DNA from: Gemmatimonadota bacterium
GTDB taxonomy: Bacteria > Gemmatimonadota > Gemmatimonadetes > Palauibacterales > KS3-K002
Length of the DNA stretch: 64,000 nucleotides
Assembly (NCBI GenBank): GCA_039586795.1
Contig: JBDHJS010000013.1
Span: 13,981-77,980, forward strand
Direction: 5' to 3'
Positions 17,927 to 27,433 of the stretch are shown piece by piece. The translations under genes and the position numbers were made by a program. The notes below the pieces were generated by a model. The model was not told the DNA's origin and made no database searches. It saw only the letters and a program-made list of their open reading frames with translations. The first letter of the stretch is position 1, and each line of letters opens with the position of its first letter.

Positions 17927-19372
17927 ATGACCAGACGACTTCGACTTGTCCTGGTAATGGTCTCCGGCTGTCTTGTTCTGGGCCCACAACCGGCCATGGG
18001 GCAGGACAAGCCAAATATCGTCCTCGTGTTCATGGACAACTTTGGATGGGGCGAGCCGGGGTTTAACGGAGGCGGTGTCACGCGAGGTGCGGCGACGCCG
18101 CGCCTCGACAGACTGGCCGATGAGGGACTTCGCTTGACTAACTTTAACGTCGAAGTGCAATGCACACCCTCTCGGTCGGCGCTGATGACGGGCCGTTACG
18201 CGATTCGCAGCGGGAACGCCACGGTCCCCCTCGGCGAGGGTGTCTACGGCCTGGTGCAGTGGGAAGTGACGATGGCCGAAATGCTGTCTGAGGCAGGGTA
18301 CGCGACAGGCATGTTCGGAAAGTGGCATCTCGGGCGGACCGAGGGCCGTTTTCCTACTGACCAGGGATTCGACGAATGGTATGGAGTACCGAACTCGACC
18401 GATGAGGCTGTCTATTCTTCATTGCCCGGCTTTTCCGAGAGCGGCGTCGCCGAAACGTACGTGATGGACGCGCGGAAGGGCGGGGCACCGACCAAAGTGC
18501 GCCCCTACAACCTGGACTACCGTCCGCTGATCGATCGCGACCTAACCGACAGGGCAGTTGATTTCATGCGGCGTCAGGTTGAAGCCGGTAAGCCGTTCTT
18601 CCTGTACCTGCCCTATACCGCGACGCACTTCCCGACGCTTCCGCATCCCGACTTCGTGGGGCGTTCAGGTAACGGTTTGTGGGCCGACCTGCTCATGCAG
18701 ATCGACAGTTACACCGGCGAGTTACTGGATGCGATTGACGAACTGAGCGTTGCAGAGAACACCATCTTCGTCTTTACCGCGGACAATGGGCCAGAAGCTT
18801 CAGACTTCGAGAGCACGAACCTGACCGTCGAGACGGCGGTCCACGGGTCGGCCGGTCCATGGCGGGGCACGCTCTTCACGGGGTTCGAAGGTGCGCTACG
18901 TGTCCCGTTTGTGGTTCGCTGGCCGGGGCGTATTGCCGCCGGCGGCTCCAGCGACGAGATCGTCCACGCCATGGATCTCTTTCCGACCTTCGCAACCATA
19001 GCGGGAGGCACCGTACCAGACGATCGTCCTATCGACGGCCAGGACATGACCGCCTTTCTCTTCGGTGATGAGGAGAAGTCAGGTCGCGAGGGCTTCGTCG
19101 TCTACATGGGCACCGAGATCTTCGGCGTGAAGTGGCGTAACTGGAAGCTGCACTTCAAGGAGCAGGACGCGTGGTCGGATGAACTGCGCACCTACACGAT
19201 GCCCCGCGTGTACAACCTCCTGAGCGATCCCCAGGAGCGTGACAACGTGATCTTTCCAAACACCTGGGTGCCCAAGGCGGCGCTCGGCCAACTGGAAGAC
19301 CACGTCGCATCGCTGAAGGCGTATCCACCGATCCCCTCTGGCGCGCCGGATCCGTATGAACCGCCGAAGTGA
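17927..19372 (+). CDS. arylsulfatase (formylglycine-type, Cys class), secreted
   Basis: Signal peptide. PNIVLVFMDNFGWGEP and the canonical CTPSRSALMTGR box (18161-18196). 481 aa, typical of sulfatase family S1. Confidence 0.9.
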   Translation: MTRRLRLVLVMVSGCLVLGPQPAMGQDKPNIVLVFMDNFGWGEPGFNGGGVTRGAATPRLDRLADEGLRLTNFNVEVQCTPSRSALMTGRYAIRSGNATVPLGEGVYGLVQWEVTMAEMLSEAGYATGMFGKWHLGRTEGRFPTDQGFDEWYGVPNSTDEAVYSSLPGFSESGVAETYVMDARKGGAPTKVRPYNLDYRPLIDRDLTDRAVDFMRRQVEAGKPFFLYLPYTATHFPTLPHPDFVGRSGNGLWADLLMQIDSYTGELLDAIDELSVAENTIFVFTADNGPEASDFESTNLTVETAVHGSAGPWRGTLFTGFEGALRVPFVVRWPGRIAAGGSSDEIVHAMDLFPTFATIAGGTVPDDRPIDGQDMTAFLFGDEEKSGREGFVVYMGTEIFGVKWRNWKLHFKEQDAWSDELRTYTMPRVYNLLSDPQERDNVIFPNTWVPKAALGQLEDHVASLKAYPPIPSGAPDPYEPPK

Positions 19373-19618
19373 CTTCGACGTTTCCTGCCCGGGCGTGCTA
19401 TCGAGGTCGTGGCAGGATCTAGAACGCAGGATGCAGGTGGGCCCCGGCGGACTCGCGTTTGAGGAGCCGCCAGCCACCTTCGTACACTCACACCGCGCGT
19501 CTTGGGCGCGGTGTGAGTCTCCACGACCGACCTTACCTCTTTCGTGGGAAGTCTGTATTTCAGGAGGGATGAAGAAGAGACACCATCTACCGCTCAGTGC
19601 TCACCGCATACCGATGAA

Positions 19619-19692
<74 letters not shown>

Positions 19693-19774
19693 CGGACCTT
19701 CACGCTACCGGCCGGTCAACGCCCGGTCAATAGCTGGGCCTGCAATATACCAAGCCGTGCCGCGCTTTCCAGCC

Positions 19775-21163
19775 TCACCAGCCGAGTCGCTGGAGCAGCA
19801 GGGTCGTCTCTTCCGGAGTCAGGTAGCGCAGCGGCCGGCCGGGGTGGTCGGCCAGCTCCCAAACGGCGGCCGCGGCGGCGGCGGCCATGCCGCGGATCGC
19901 GTTGAGCTCGATCTTGTCATAGGTATCGGCGGCGTTGTGGTACCAGCGGGGCGAGTCGTCGGGCAGCGACGACTGCACGTAGATGGTGGGGACGCCCTCT
20001 AACAGGAAGGGCTGGTGGTCGCTGCCGGGGCCGCCGCCGTGGTTCACCTCGGCGCCGACGCCCAGGTCGCGCAGCCGGGTCTCGGTGGCCAACCGGGCGA
20101 ACAGCGTGTCCGCTTCGTCGTGGCCGGTCGCGCCGTAGCCCAAAGGCGCGCCCACCATGTCCAGGTTCATCATGGCGACGGCGTTCATCAACTCGTTCGC
20201 ATGCATGCCCACGTAGTAGCGCGAGCCCAGTAGACCCAACTCCTCGCCGGCGAAGAGCACGACGCGGATCGTGCGCCGCGGCCGTCGCCCGGCCTGAGTG
20301 AGCGCTTTCACCGCCGCCATCGTCGACAATACGCCGGTCCCGTTGTCGATAGCACCGTCGCCGATGTCCCAGGAGTCGAGGTGGGCGCCGAGGATGAACA
20401 CCTCGTGCCCCACTGACGGATCGCTCCCCTTCAGCTCGCCGATGACGTTGAGGACGGTTCCCACCCGAGTCTCCGCCTCGACCCGCATCTCGAGGATCAC
20501 CGGACCGCCGCCGGCGAGCTGCCGACGCAGCCAGAGTCCGTCTTCACGGGACAGCTCGAGCACCGGCAATGGCGCCGGTGGATTCGGCCAGGGCGCGACA
20601 CGCGCCTGGGGCAGGCGACCCGGTTGGAAGGTGACGCGCATGAGAGCTACTGCGCCCTCATCGACGGCGCGCTGGATCAGACTGGGATCGATGGCGTCGG
20701 TCAGCCACGCCGCCCCCCTCACCCGATCGCCGAGCGCCGCCACGCTGGCCGAGTCGCCGCGACCGATATCGACCACAGGGACCGAATCGGCGGTGATGCC
20801 CGGCGAGTAGCCGTGAGTGATGGCGGCGATGGGTCGCAGCCGGGCGACGGCGGGTGTGACGGCGTGCACGAATGTGGCGCCGCGTCGCCAGACGGGGATG
20901 CGGACGACCTCGTAATAGACGGTGTCCAGCCCGAAACTGCGCAGCCAGCCAGCCGCCCACGCTTCGGCCCGCGTCCCGGACGGCGTGCCCGACAACCGTC
21001 CACCGATCGTGTCGATGAGGCCCGCCGCCATGGCCGGAAGCTCCGGCGCTTCTATGGCGGCGTCGATCACGTCGTGGAGCGCGTTATCGGGCTCCTGCTG
21101 CTGAAATCTGAAGCCGGACAGGGAAATAATGAGGGCAAGAACAGCAGCGGTCCGCGGCGACAA
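19775..21163 (-). CDS. M28 family metallopeptidase (aminopeptidase, PA-domain type), secreted
   Basis: HLDSWDIGDGAIDNGTGVLSTMAAVKAL and LFAGEELGLLGSRYY are M28 metal-binding signatures. The start is uncertain. The ORF as listed overlaps the upstream acidic gene; the TTG at ~21163 yields the SPRTAAVLALIISLSG signal peptide. Confidence 0.8.
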   Translation of the reverse strand: MSPRTAAVLALIISLSGFRFQQQEPDNALHDVIDAAIEAPELPAMAAGLIDTIGGRLSGTPSGTRAEAWAAGWLRSFGLDTVYYEVVRIPVWRRGATFVHAVTPAVARLRPIAAITHGYSPGITADSVPVVDIGRGDSASVAALGDRVRGAAWLTDAIDPSLIQRAVDEGAVALMRVTFQPGRLPQARVAPWPNPPAPLPVLELSREDGLWLRRQLAGGGPVILEMRVEAETRVGTVLNVIGELKGSDPSVGHEVFILGAHLDSWDIGDGAIDNGTGVLSTMAAVKALTQAGRRPRRTIRVVLFAGEELGLLGSRYYVGMHANELMNAVAMMNLDMVGAPLGYGATGHDEADTLFARLATETRLRDLGVGAEVNHGGGPGSDHQPFLLEGVPTIYVQSSLPDDSPRWYHNAADTYDKIELNAIRGMAAAAAAAVWELADHPGRPLRYLTPEETTLLLQRLGW

Positions 21164-21218
21164 AAGACGAGAGGGCCAGGCGGGCCCTCGGCCGGCGCTG
21201 CCTACTACCGGATGCTCG

Positions 21219-21470
21219 TCACTCCCACTCGGTGCGACGGCGACGACGGGTAGCGACGTCGTCGTATCCTTCTTCGTACTCGTACTCCTGGAACTCGTCA
21301 GCCCAATCCTCCTCGTCCTCCTCCTCCTCACCTTCCTCGAACTCTTCCTCGTCGAGATCGAGACCCTCCTCATCGTACTCGCCGCCGTACTCGTCCAAAC
21401 TGTAGTCGTCTGCGCTGCGCGCGCTCAAGAATCCGCCCGGGTCGAGCGACCGATCCTCTAACGAGCTCAT
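21219..21470 (-). CDS. hyper-acidic 83-aa protein (Asp/Glu/Tyr-rich, C-terminal RRRRR)
   Basis: MSSLEDRSLDPGGFLSARSADDYSLDEYGGEYDEEGLDLDEEEFEEGEEEEDEEDWADEFQEYEYEEGYDDVATRRRRRTEWE. Perfect GGAGGAGGAA ribosome-binding site 5-14 nt upstream. AT-rich upstream region with TTGACA (21559-21564, minus). Confidence 0.55.
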   Translation of the reverse strand: MSSLEDRSLDPGGFLSARSADDYSLDEYGGEYDEEGLDLDEEEFEEGEEEEDEEDWADEFQEYEYEEGYDDVATRRRRRTEWE

Positions 21471-21672
21471 TTTCCTCCTCCTGATAATTCTCCTGGTCTG
21501 AGTTTCGTCTTCCGAACGACTACACCCCTTGTTCGCTGAATAATAACGGGCGTTTTTTTTGTCAAGCACTTGTTGTTTCGCCGCATCGCCGACCGCCGTT
21601 GCCCGCCGGTGGAGTGACGGAGATATTGAGCGAACAAACCTGCACAAGATCGAAAGGATTGACGGCGGTGAT

Positions 21673-22686
21673 ATGTTAGAATCGATGACCCCGCAACATC
21701 TGAAGCGATCGGTTCTCGTCTTTGCGTTGGCCCCCGCCCTGCTGTCGCTGCCGGGGTGCAAGGCCCCCCAGTCGTTCGGTGACCGTCACGCCGTCATCGT
21801 CCGCGCCGAGCCCGGACTATGGGCCGAGGTCGAGTCGGACGTGCTGGAAGCGCTGGAGCAGACGGTCTTCACCACACGATCGGAGCGGAAGTTCAAGGTG
21901 ACGTTCATCGGAACGGACGATCCGGACTGGGCCAGTCTCCGCCTGTGGCAGCAGATCCTCCTGATCGGTTCCACCGACGACCCGATCGTCGCGGAAACCG
22001 TGAATTCCGACGTCGTGGCGCCGGCGCTCGTCCAGACAACAGAATTGTGGGCGCGGGCCCAGACCGTAACGGTCCTCTACCTACCTCAGGACAGTCAGGC
22101 CGAAGCCGTCCGCGAGCTATTGCCCGGACTGTACGACACGCTGGCGGAGCAGTACGAGGAGTGGGTGATCGAGCGCATGTTCGTTACCGGCGTCAATGAC
22201 TCGCTGAGCTCCGCCCTGGCCGAGTTGGGGTTCACGCTCCAGGTGCCCAACGTCTACATGGTCAGCCGGGATGAATCGGTGATCCGCCTGGGCAATCCGT
22301 ACCGTCAGGGCGACACTGACCTGCTGCGCTCGCTGCTCATCACCTGGGAAGACGGCGCACGGGACCTGACGCCGGACGAACTGCGCAGTTGGCGTGCGAC
22401 GATCGGCGAGTCACGGTACACGACACCGCAAGAAATCCAGGAAGACGGTTTCCGCTACGCCGAGATCGAGGTGGACGGACGACCGGGTCTGGAGATCCGC
22501 GGCGTGTGGAAGGATCGCGACGAGATACCGGCGGCGGGACCGTTCATCACCCGGGCAATTCCCTGCCGCAATCAAGCACGGACCTACTACATAGACGCGT
22601 GGCTGTTCGCACCCTCGGTAGACAAGTACCCGTATGTGCGGCAGCTCGAGATACTTCTCGACTCTTTTAGATGCGTTGGGAATTAG
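21673..22686 (+). CDS. hypothetical lipoprotein (possibly DUF4837-like)
   Basis: Start at MLESMTPQHLKRSVLVFALAPALLSLPGC (lipobox). ~337 aa. Its stop lies 24 nt before dnaE. Confidence 0.65.
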   Translation: MLESMTPQHLKRSVLVFALAPALLSLPGCKAPQSFGDRHAVIVRAEPGLWAEVESDVLEALEQTVFTTRSERKFKVTFIGTDDPDWASLRLWQQILLIGSTDDPIVAETVNSDVVAPALVQTTELWARAQTVTVLYLPQDSQAEAVRELLPGLYDTLAEQYEEWVIERMFVTGVNDSLSSALAELGFTLQVPNVYMVSRDESVIRLGNPYRQGDTDLLRSLLITWEDGARDLTPDELRSWRATIGESRYTTPQEIQEDGFRYAEIEVDGRPGLEIRGVWKDRDEIPAAGPFITRAIPCRNQARTYYIDAWLFAPSVDKYPYVRQLEILLDSFRCVGN

Positions 22687-22710
22687 GGCAGTCCTCACAA
22701 CAACATAGAC

Positions 22711-25700
22711 ATGTCATTCGTCCACCTTCACTGTCATAGTGAATTCTCGCTGCTCGATGGCGCGAACAAGATCGACTCGCTGATCAATCGCACCATCGAG
22801 CTGGGCATGCCCGCCGTCGCGCTCACCGACCACGGCAACCTGCACGGCGCCTGGCGCTTCCACGAAACAGCTACCGCAAAAGGGATCAAGCCGATTATCG
22901 GCTGTGAAGCGTACGTAGCGTTCGGTGATCACCGCTCGAAGGAGAAGCCGGCGAACGCGCCGTCGGACTACGCCCACCTGGTTTTGCTGGCCCGCGATCT
23001 GGAAGGCTACCACAACCTGGTGAAGATGGTCTCCATCGGTCAGATGGAGGGCTTCTATCGCCGGCCGCGCATCGATCACAAGGTGCTGGAGGAGCACGCG
23101 AAGGGGATCGTTTGCCTGTCCGCCTGCATGTCCGGCGAGCTAGCGCAGCACCTGAAGCTGGAGCAGTACGACAAGGCGAAGGCGGCGGCGGAATGGCACG
23201 CGAGGCTGTTCGGCGACGGGAACTACTGGCTTGAGGTGCAGAACCACGGGATACCGGGCCAGGCCGAGGTTAACGACGGCATCCAACAGCTGGCCGGCGA
23301 GCTGGGGCTGCCGGTGCTGGCGACCAACGATGCCCACTACCTGCGGCGCGAGGATGCCGATGCCCACGACATCCTGCTCTGCATCGGCACGGGCAAGGAC
23401 CGTGACGACCCGAAGCGACTGCGTTTCTACGGCCAGGAGAGCTACTTCAAGTCGGCCGACGAGATGCGGGAGAAATTCCCCAACCAGCCGGAACTCATCG
23501 ACAACACGCTGGCCGTGGCCGAGCTGTGCAACATCGAGTTCGAGAAGAAGGTCTACCTGCCGGAGTTCCCGCGGCCGGAGGACTACGACTCGGAGGACGC
23601 GCAGCTTCGGGAGCTAGCGCTGAAGGGCGCCAAGGAACGCTACGGCAACCCGCTGCCCGACGAGGTTCAGCAGCGGCTGGACTTCGAGATCGATGTCGTC
23701 ACCCGCACTGGTTACAGCGGCTACTTCCTAATCGTTTGGGACTTCATCCGCGCGGCCCGCGAGCGCGGCGTACCGGTGGGCCCTGGCCGAGGCTCCGCAG
23801 CCGGCTCGCTGGTCGCTTACGCGCTTCGTATCACCGATATCGATCCGTTGCGCTTCGGATTGCTGTTCGAGCGCTTCCTGAACCCGGAACGCATCTCGAT
23901 GCCGGACATCGATGTCGACTTCTGCTACGAGCGCCGCGGCGAGGTGATCGACTACGTGCGGGACAAGTACGGCTCTGACTCGGTAGGCCAGATCGTGACG
24001 TTCGGAACCATGCAGTCCCGGGCGGTGATCCGCGATGTAGGCCGCACGTTGGGCTTCACGCCGGCGGAGACGGACCGGGTGGCGAAGCTGATCCCGAACG
24101 CGCCGGGCTATTCCCTCTCCGTCGAAGAAGCGGTGGACAAAGTCGAGGAGTTGAAGCAGCTGTACGAGGAAGAGCCGCGCTACATGGAGCTGCTCGACTA
24201 CGCGGCGACGCTGGAGGGTCTGTCGCGACACACATCGGTTCACGCGGCGGGCGTGGTGATCGCGCCGGGCCCGTTGGCCGACTACGTGCCGGTGATGACG
24301 GCACCGACCCGCGGCTCCGCCACCGACTCGGAGAACGGCGAGCTGGTCATCACACAGTACGACATGGTGAGCCTGGAAAAGGCGGGGATGCTAAAGTTCG
24401 ACTTCCTCGGCCTGAAGACGCTCACCGTGATCAGCGATGCCGCGGAGGCGATTAAGGAACGACACGGCGTCGACATCGATTGGGACGAACAGGACCTCGA
24501 CGATCCCGAGGTCTACGAGATGCTGGCCAGCGGCGCGACGGCCGGCGTGTTCCAGTTCGAATCGTCGCTGGCCACCGACAAGCTGCGCGCCATGCGCTGC
24601 GACCGCTTCGACGACCTGATCGCCGTCAACGCGCTCATCCGGCCTGGCCCCCTCGACTCCGGGATGACCGACGTCTACATCCGGCGCAAGCGGGGCGTCG
24701 AACCCGTCGCCTATCCGCACGAGACGCTGGCCGGCGTGCTGGAGAACACCTACGGCGTGATCACCTACCAGGAGCAGGTGATGCGCGCCGCGAACGAGAT
24801 GGCGGGCTTCAGCCTGGCGGAAGCCGACGTGCTCCGCAAAGCAGTCGGCAAGAAGGACGAAGTGCTAATCCGCCAGGAACTGGACCGCTTTATCGGCCGC
24901 TCGCAGGAGCGTGGCGTCAGCAAGCGGGACGCCGAGCACATCGCCTCGTTGCTGGAGACGTTCGGCCGCTACGGCTTCAACAAGGCCCACGCCGCCGCCT
25001 ACGCCGTGCTCTCCTACCGGACAGCCTGGCTCAAGCGTCACTACCCGGCGGAGTTCATGGCGGCGCTCTTGTCGTCAGAGATCGGCAACACCGACAAGGT
25101 AGTGGGCTACATCAACGTCTGCCGTTCCCTCGACCTCGAGGTGCTGGCGCCGCACGTGAACGAGTCGGGCTACAAGTTCACCGTGGTGAGCGATAAGAGC
25201 CTGCGCTTCGGGCTGGGTGCGATACGCGGCGTCGGTCGCTCCGCCATCGACTCGATCCGGTCGACACGACGGAAAGAAGGTTCCTTCGAATCGTTGTTCG
25301 ATTTCTGCAGCCGCGTCGACCTACGACTCAACAACAAGCGGGTGATCGAAGCGCTGATCGGCGCCGGCGCGCTGGACGGACTCGGCGTGCGAGCGGCGAT
25401 GGCGGAAGGGCTGGAAGCGACGCTCCGCGAAGCGCAACTCCAACAGCGCGAACGAGAGACCGGCCAGCACAGCCTGTTCGGTGGCGACGAGAGCCCGATC
25501 ATGAAGACCGAGCCGGTGCTGCCCAACCTTCCTGAGTGGACGGAAGAGGAGAAGCTGGCGCGAGAGAAGGAGCTGGTCGGATTCTTCGTGTCGGGCCACC
25601 CGCTGGACGAACACCGTGACCTGGTCGACCTGTGGGCGGAGACCACGAACACCAGCACGATCTCAGATCACAGGGACAAGAAGGTTGAGGTCGCTTGCGT

Positions 25701-26199
25701 CGTCACCGAGATCAGTCGCCGTATCTCGCGCAAGGACGGTTCGGAGTGGGCGCGGATCGTGTTCGAGGACTACCACGGCACGGCCGTAGCGCTCGCCTTT
25801 CGCGACGTGTGGGCGAAGAATCGCGAAACGTTGGAGCCGGGCGTGCCCGTGCTGTTGCGAGGCAGCGTTTCCGGTCGCGAGCGCGACGAAGGGGACCCGC
25901 CGGTCTTCCTCGATGGAGTAGAGCCGCTGGCGTCGCTGTACGAGAGCGGGCGCGTTGCGGTTTGCCTGGATATCGCGGGGTCGGACGACGTCGAGAGCGG
26001 GAGACTGGAGAAAGCGATCAAGGTCGTGAAGGGTCATCCGGGTCCGACGCCTCTGCGGGTGCTGTTGCGAAACGGCGGAGAGGAACCATCGGTGTTGCGG
26101 TCGAGGATGTTGAAGGTGGTGCCGGCACCGGAGGTTTTGGCTGAGTTGCGGGATGTGCTGGGCAAGGAGAGGGTGAGGTTGGTTGAGGTGAAGGTCTAG
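22711..26199 (+). CDS. dnaE: DNA polymerase III alpha subunit
   Basis: MSFVHLHCHSEFSLLDGANKIDSLI... PHP domain, polymerase core, and C-terminal OB region; 1162 aa. Confidence 0.97.
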   Translation: MSFVHLHCHSEFSLLDGANKIDSLINRTIELGMPAVALTDHGNLHGAWRFHETATAKGIKPIIGCEAYVAFGDHRSKEKPANAPSDYAHLVLLARDLEGYHNLVKMVSIGQMEGFYRRPRIDHKVLEEHAKGIVCLSACMSGELAQHLKLEQYDKAKAAAEWHARLFGDGNYWLEVQNHGIPGQAEVNDGIQQLAGELGLPVLATNDAHYLRREDADAHDILLCIGTGKDRDDPKRLRFYGQESYFKSADEMREKFPNQPELIDNTLAVAELCNIEFEKKVYLPEFPRPEDYDSEDAQLRELALKGAKERYGNPLPDEVQQRLDFEIDVVTRTGYSGYFLIVWDFIRAARERGVPVGPGRGSAAGSLVAYALRITDIDPLRFGLLFERFLNPERISMPDIDVDFCYERRGEVIDYVRDKYGSDSVGQIVTFGTMQSRAVIRDVGRTLGFTPAETDRVAKLIPNAPGYSLSVEEAVDKVEELKQLYEEEPRYMELLDYAATLEGLSRHTSVHAAGVVIAPGPLADYVPVMTAPTRGSATDSENGELVITQYDMVSLEKAGMLKFDFLGLKTLTVISDAAEAIKERHGVDIDWDEQDLDDPEVYEMLASGATAGVFQFESSLATDKLRAMRCDRFDDLIAVNALIRPGPLDSGMTDVYIRRKRGVEPVAYPHETLAGVLENTYGVITYQEQVMRAANEMAGFSLAEADVLRKAVGKKDEVLIRQELDRFIGRSQERGVSKRDAEHIASLLETFGRYGFNKAHAAAYAVLSYRTAWLKRHYPAEFMAALLSSEIGNTDKVVGYINVCRSLDLEVLAPHVNESGYKFTVVSDKSLRFGLGAIRGVGRSAIDSIRSTRRKEGSFESLFDFCSRVDLRLNNKRVIEALIGAGALDGLGVRAAMAEGLEATLREAQLQQRERETGQHSLFGGDESPIMKTEPVLPNLPEWTEEEKLAREKELVGFFVSGHPLDEHRDLVDLWAETTNTSTISDHRDKKVEVACVVTEISRRISRKDGSEWARIVFEDYHGTAVALAFRDVWAKNRETLEPGVPVLLRGSVSGRERDEGDPPVFLDGVEPLASLYESGRVAVCLDIAGSDDVESGRLEKAIKVVKGHPGPTPLRVLLRNGGEEPSVLRSRMLKVVPAPEVLAELRDVLGKERVRLVEVKV

Positions 26200-26208
26200 A
26201 CGAGGCTA

Positions 26209-26370
26209 ATGTTCAACACCTAATCGTTAATCCTCAAGGCCTAGGGTGAACGTCTCCAATGTCCACACCCAACTCCTAATTTCCAAGAACCTGGATATTG
26301 GAGAGTGGATGTGGACATTGGGGACGTTCCACTTATCACCTTGAGGATCGAGGATTAGTCGGTTGAACAT
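26209..26370. repeat. family-A compound palindromic element (MITE/REP-like), 162 bp
   Basis: Outer arms TTCAACACCTAATCGTTAATCCTCAAGG / CCTTGAGGATCGAGGATTAGTCGGTTGAAC enclose a second palindrome (GTGAACGTCTCCAATGTCCACA...TGTGGACATTGGGGACGTTCCAC) and an inner one. The arms share a core with elements at 31282 and 36006. Confidence 0.7.
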
Positions 26371-26449
26371 CAGCCGGCCACAGGCCGGCCTCCCCTCTAT
26401 TGCCGCCGGCCTTATGTGCTAGATTACCAGACTCCCCTAGGTCAGTGGC

Positions 26450-27433
26450 GTGAACCTGCTTAGGCGACAAATGGCATCACATCAGGAATTCGAACGCTCC
26501 ATAGAAGACGTGGTCGCCCAGATCGGCCACCTGCAGAGCCTTGCCAGCGAGAGGGGCCTGAACGTGGACGAAGAGGTCAAGCGGCTGGAGGCGCGGCTTG
26601 ACGAGCTGCGGGCCGAGACGTTCAAGTCGCTCACCGCGATGGAGCGCGTGCAGATCGCTCGCCACGCTCAGCGCCCGCATTCCCTCGACATGATCGAGCG
26701 CGTATTCACCGACTGGATCGAGTTGCACGGCGACCGAGCGTACCGTGACGACCCGGCGGTGGTGTGCGGCTGGGCGCGGCTGGACGGTCGGTCGGTGATG
26801 GTGATCGGTCAGCAGAAGGGCCGCAACACCAAGGAGAACCTGAAGCGCAACTTCGCGATGATGCATCCCGAGGGTTATCGCAAAGCTCTGCGCATGATGC
26901 GTCAGGCGGAGAAGTTCGGTCGCCCGATCATAACGATCATCGACACGCCCGCTGCCTACCCCGGCATCGGCGCCGAGGAGCGCGGGCAGGCGGAAGCGAT
27001 CGCGCGTAACCTGCTCGAGATGTCGCTCATCGAAGTGCCGATCGTCGCCGCGGTGATCGGGGAAGGTGGAAGCGGTGGCGCGCTGGGCCTCTCAGTCGCC
27101 AACCGCATCATCATGCTCGAGTACGCCATCTACTCGGTCATCTCGCCGGAAGGTTGCGCATCGATCCTCTGGAAAGAGAACACTGAGGAAGTTCGCAAGC
27201 AGGCCGCCGCCGCTCTCAAGCTCACGGCGCCCGACCTGTTGGAGCTCGGCGTCATCGACGAGGTGATCCGGGAACCGGAAGGCGGCGCCCACGACGATTG
27301 GGACGGCGCGGCCAGGATCCTTAAAGACGCACTGATCAAGAACCTGGAAGATCTGGACAGACTGCCCACCGAAGAACTACTGCAGGGCCGCTACGAGAAG
27401 TACCGGAAGATGGGAGCGTGGGCGGGTGGCTGA
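26450..27433 (+). CDS. accA: acetyl-CoA carboxylase carboxyltransferase alpha subunit
   Basis: DRAYRDDPAVVCGWARLDGRSVMVIGQQKGR...IITIIDTPAAYPGIGAEERGQAEAIARNL...GEGGSGGALGL is diagnostic of AccA. Confidence 0.95.
   Translation: MNLLRRQMASHQEFERSIEDVVAQIGHLQSLASERGLNVDEEVKRLEARLDELRAETFKSLTAMERVQIARHAQRPHSLDMIERVFTDWIELHGDRAYRDDPAVVCGWARLDGRSVMVIGQQKGRNTKENLKRNFAMMHPEGYRKALRMMRQAEKFGRPIITIIDTPAAYPGIGAEERGQAEAIARNLLEMSLIEVPIVAAVIGEGGSGGALGLSVANRIIMLEYAIYSVISPEGCASILWKENTEEVRKQAAAALKLTAPDLLELGVIDEVIREPEGGAHDDWDGAARILKDALIKNLEDLDRLPTEELLQGRYEKYRKMGAWAGG

Larger units (their letters stand above)
17577..19618. mobile_element. putative tRNA-Ile-associated integrated islet or remnant (cargo: arylsulfatase; no integrase)
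   Basis: Bounded by the partial tRNA duplicate (17577-17623) and the intact tRNA 3' end (19619). Contains a single sulfatase CDS plus strong hairpins. Confidence 0.4.
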
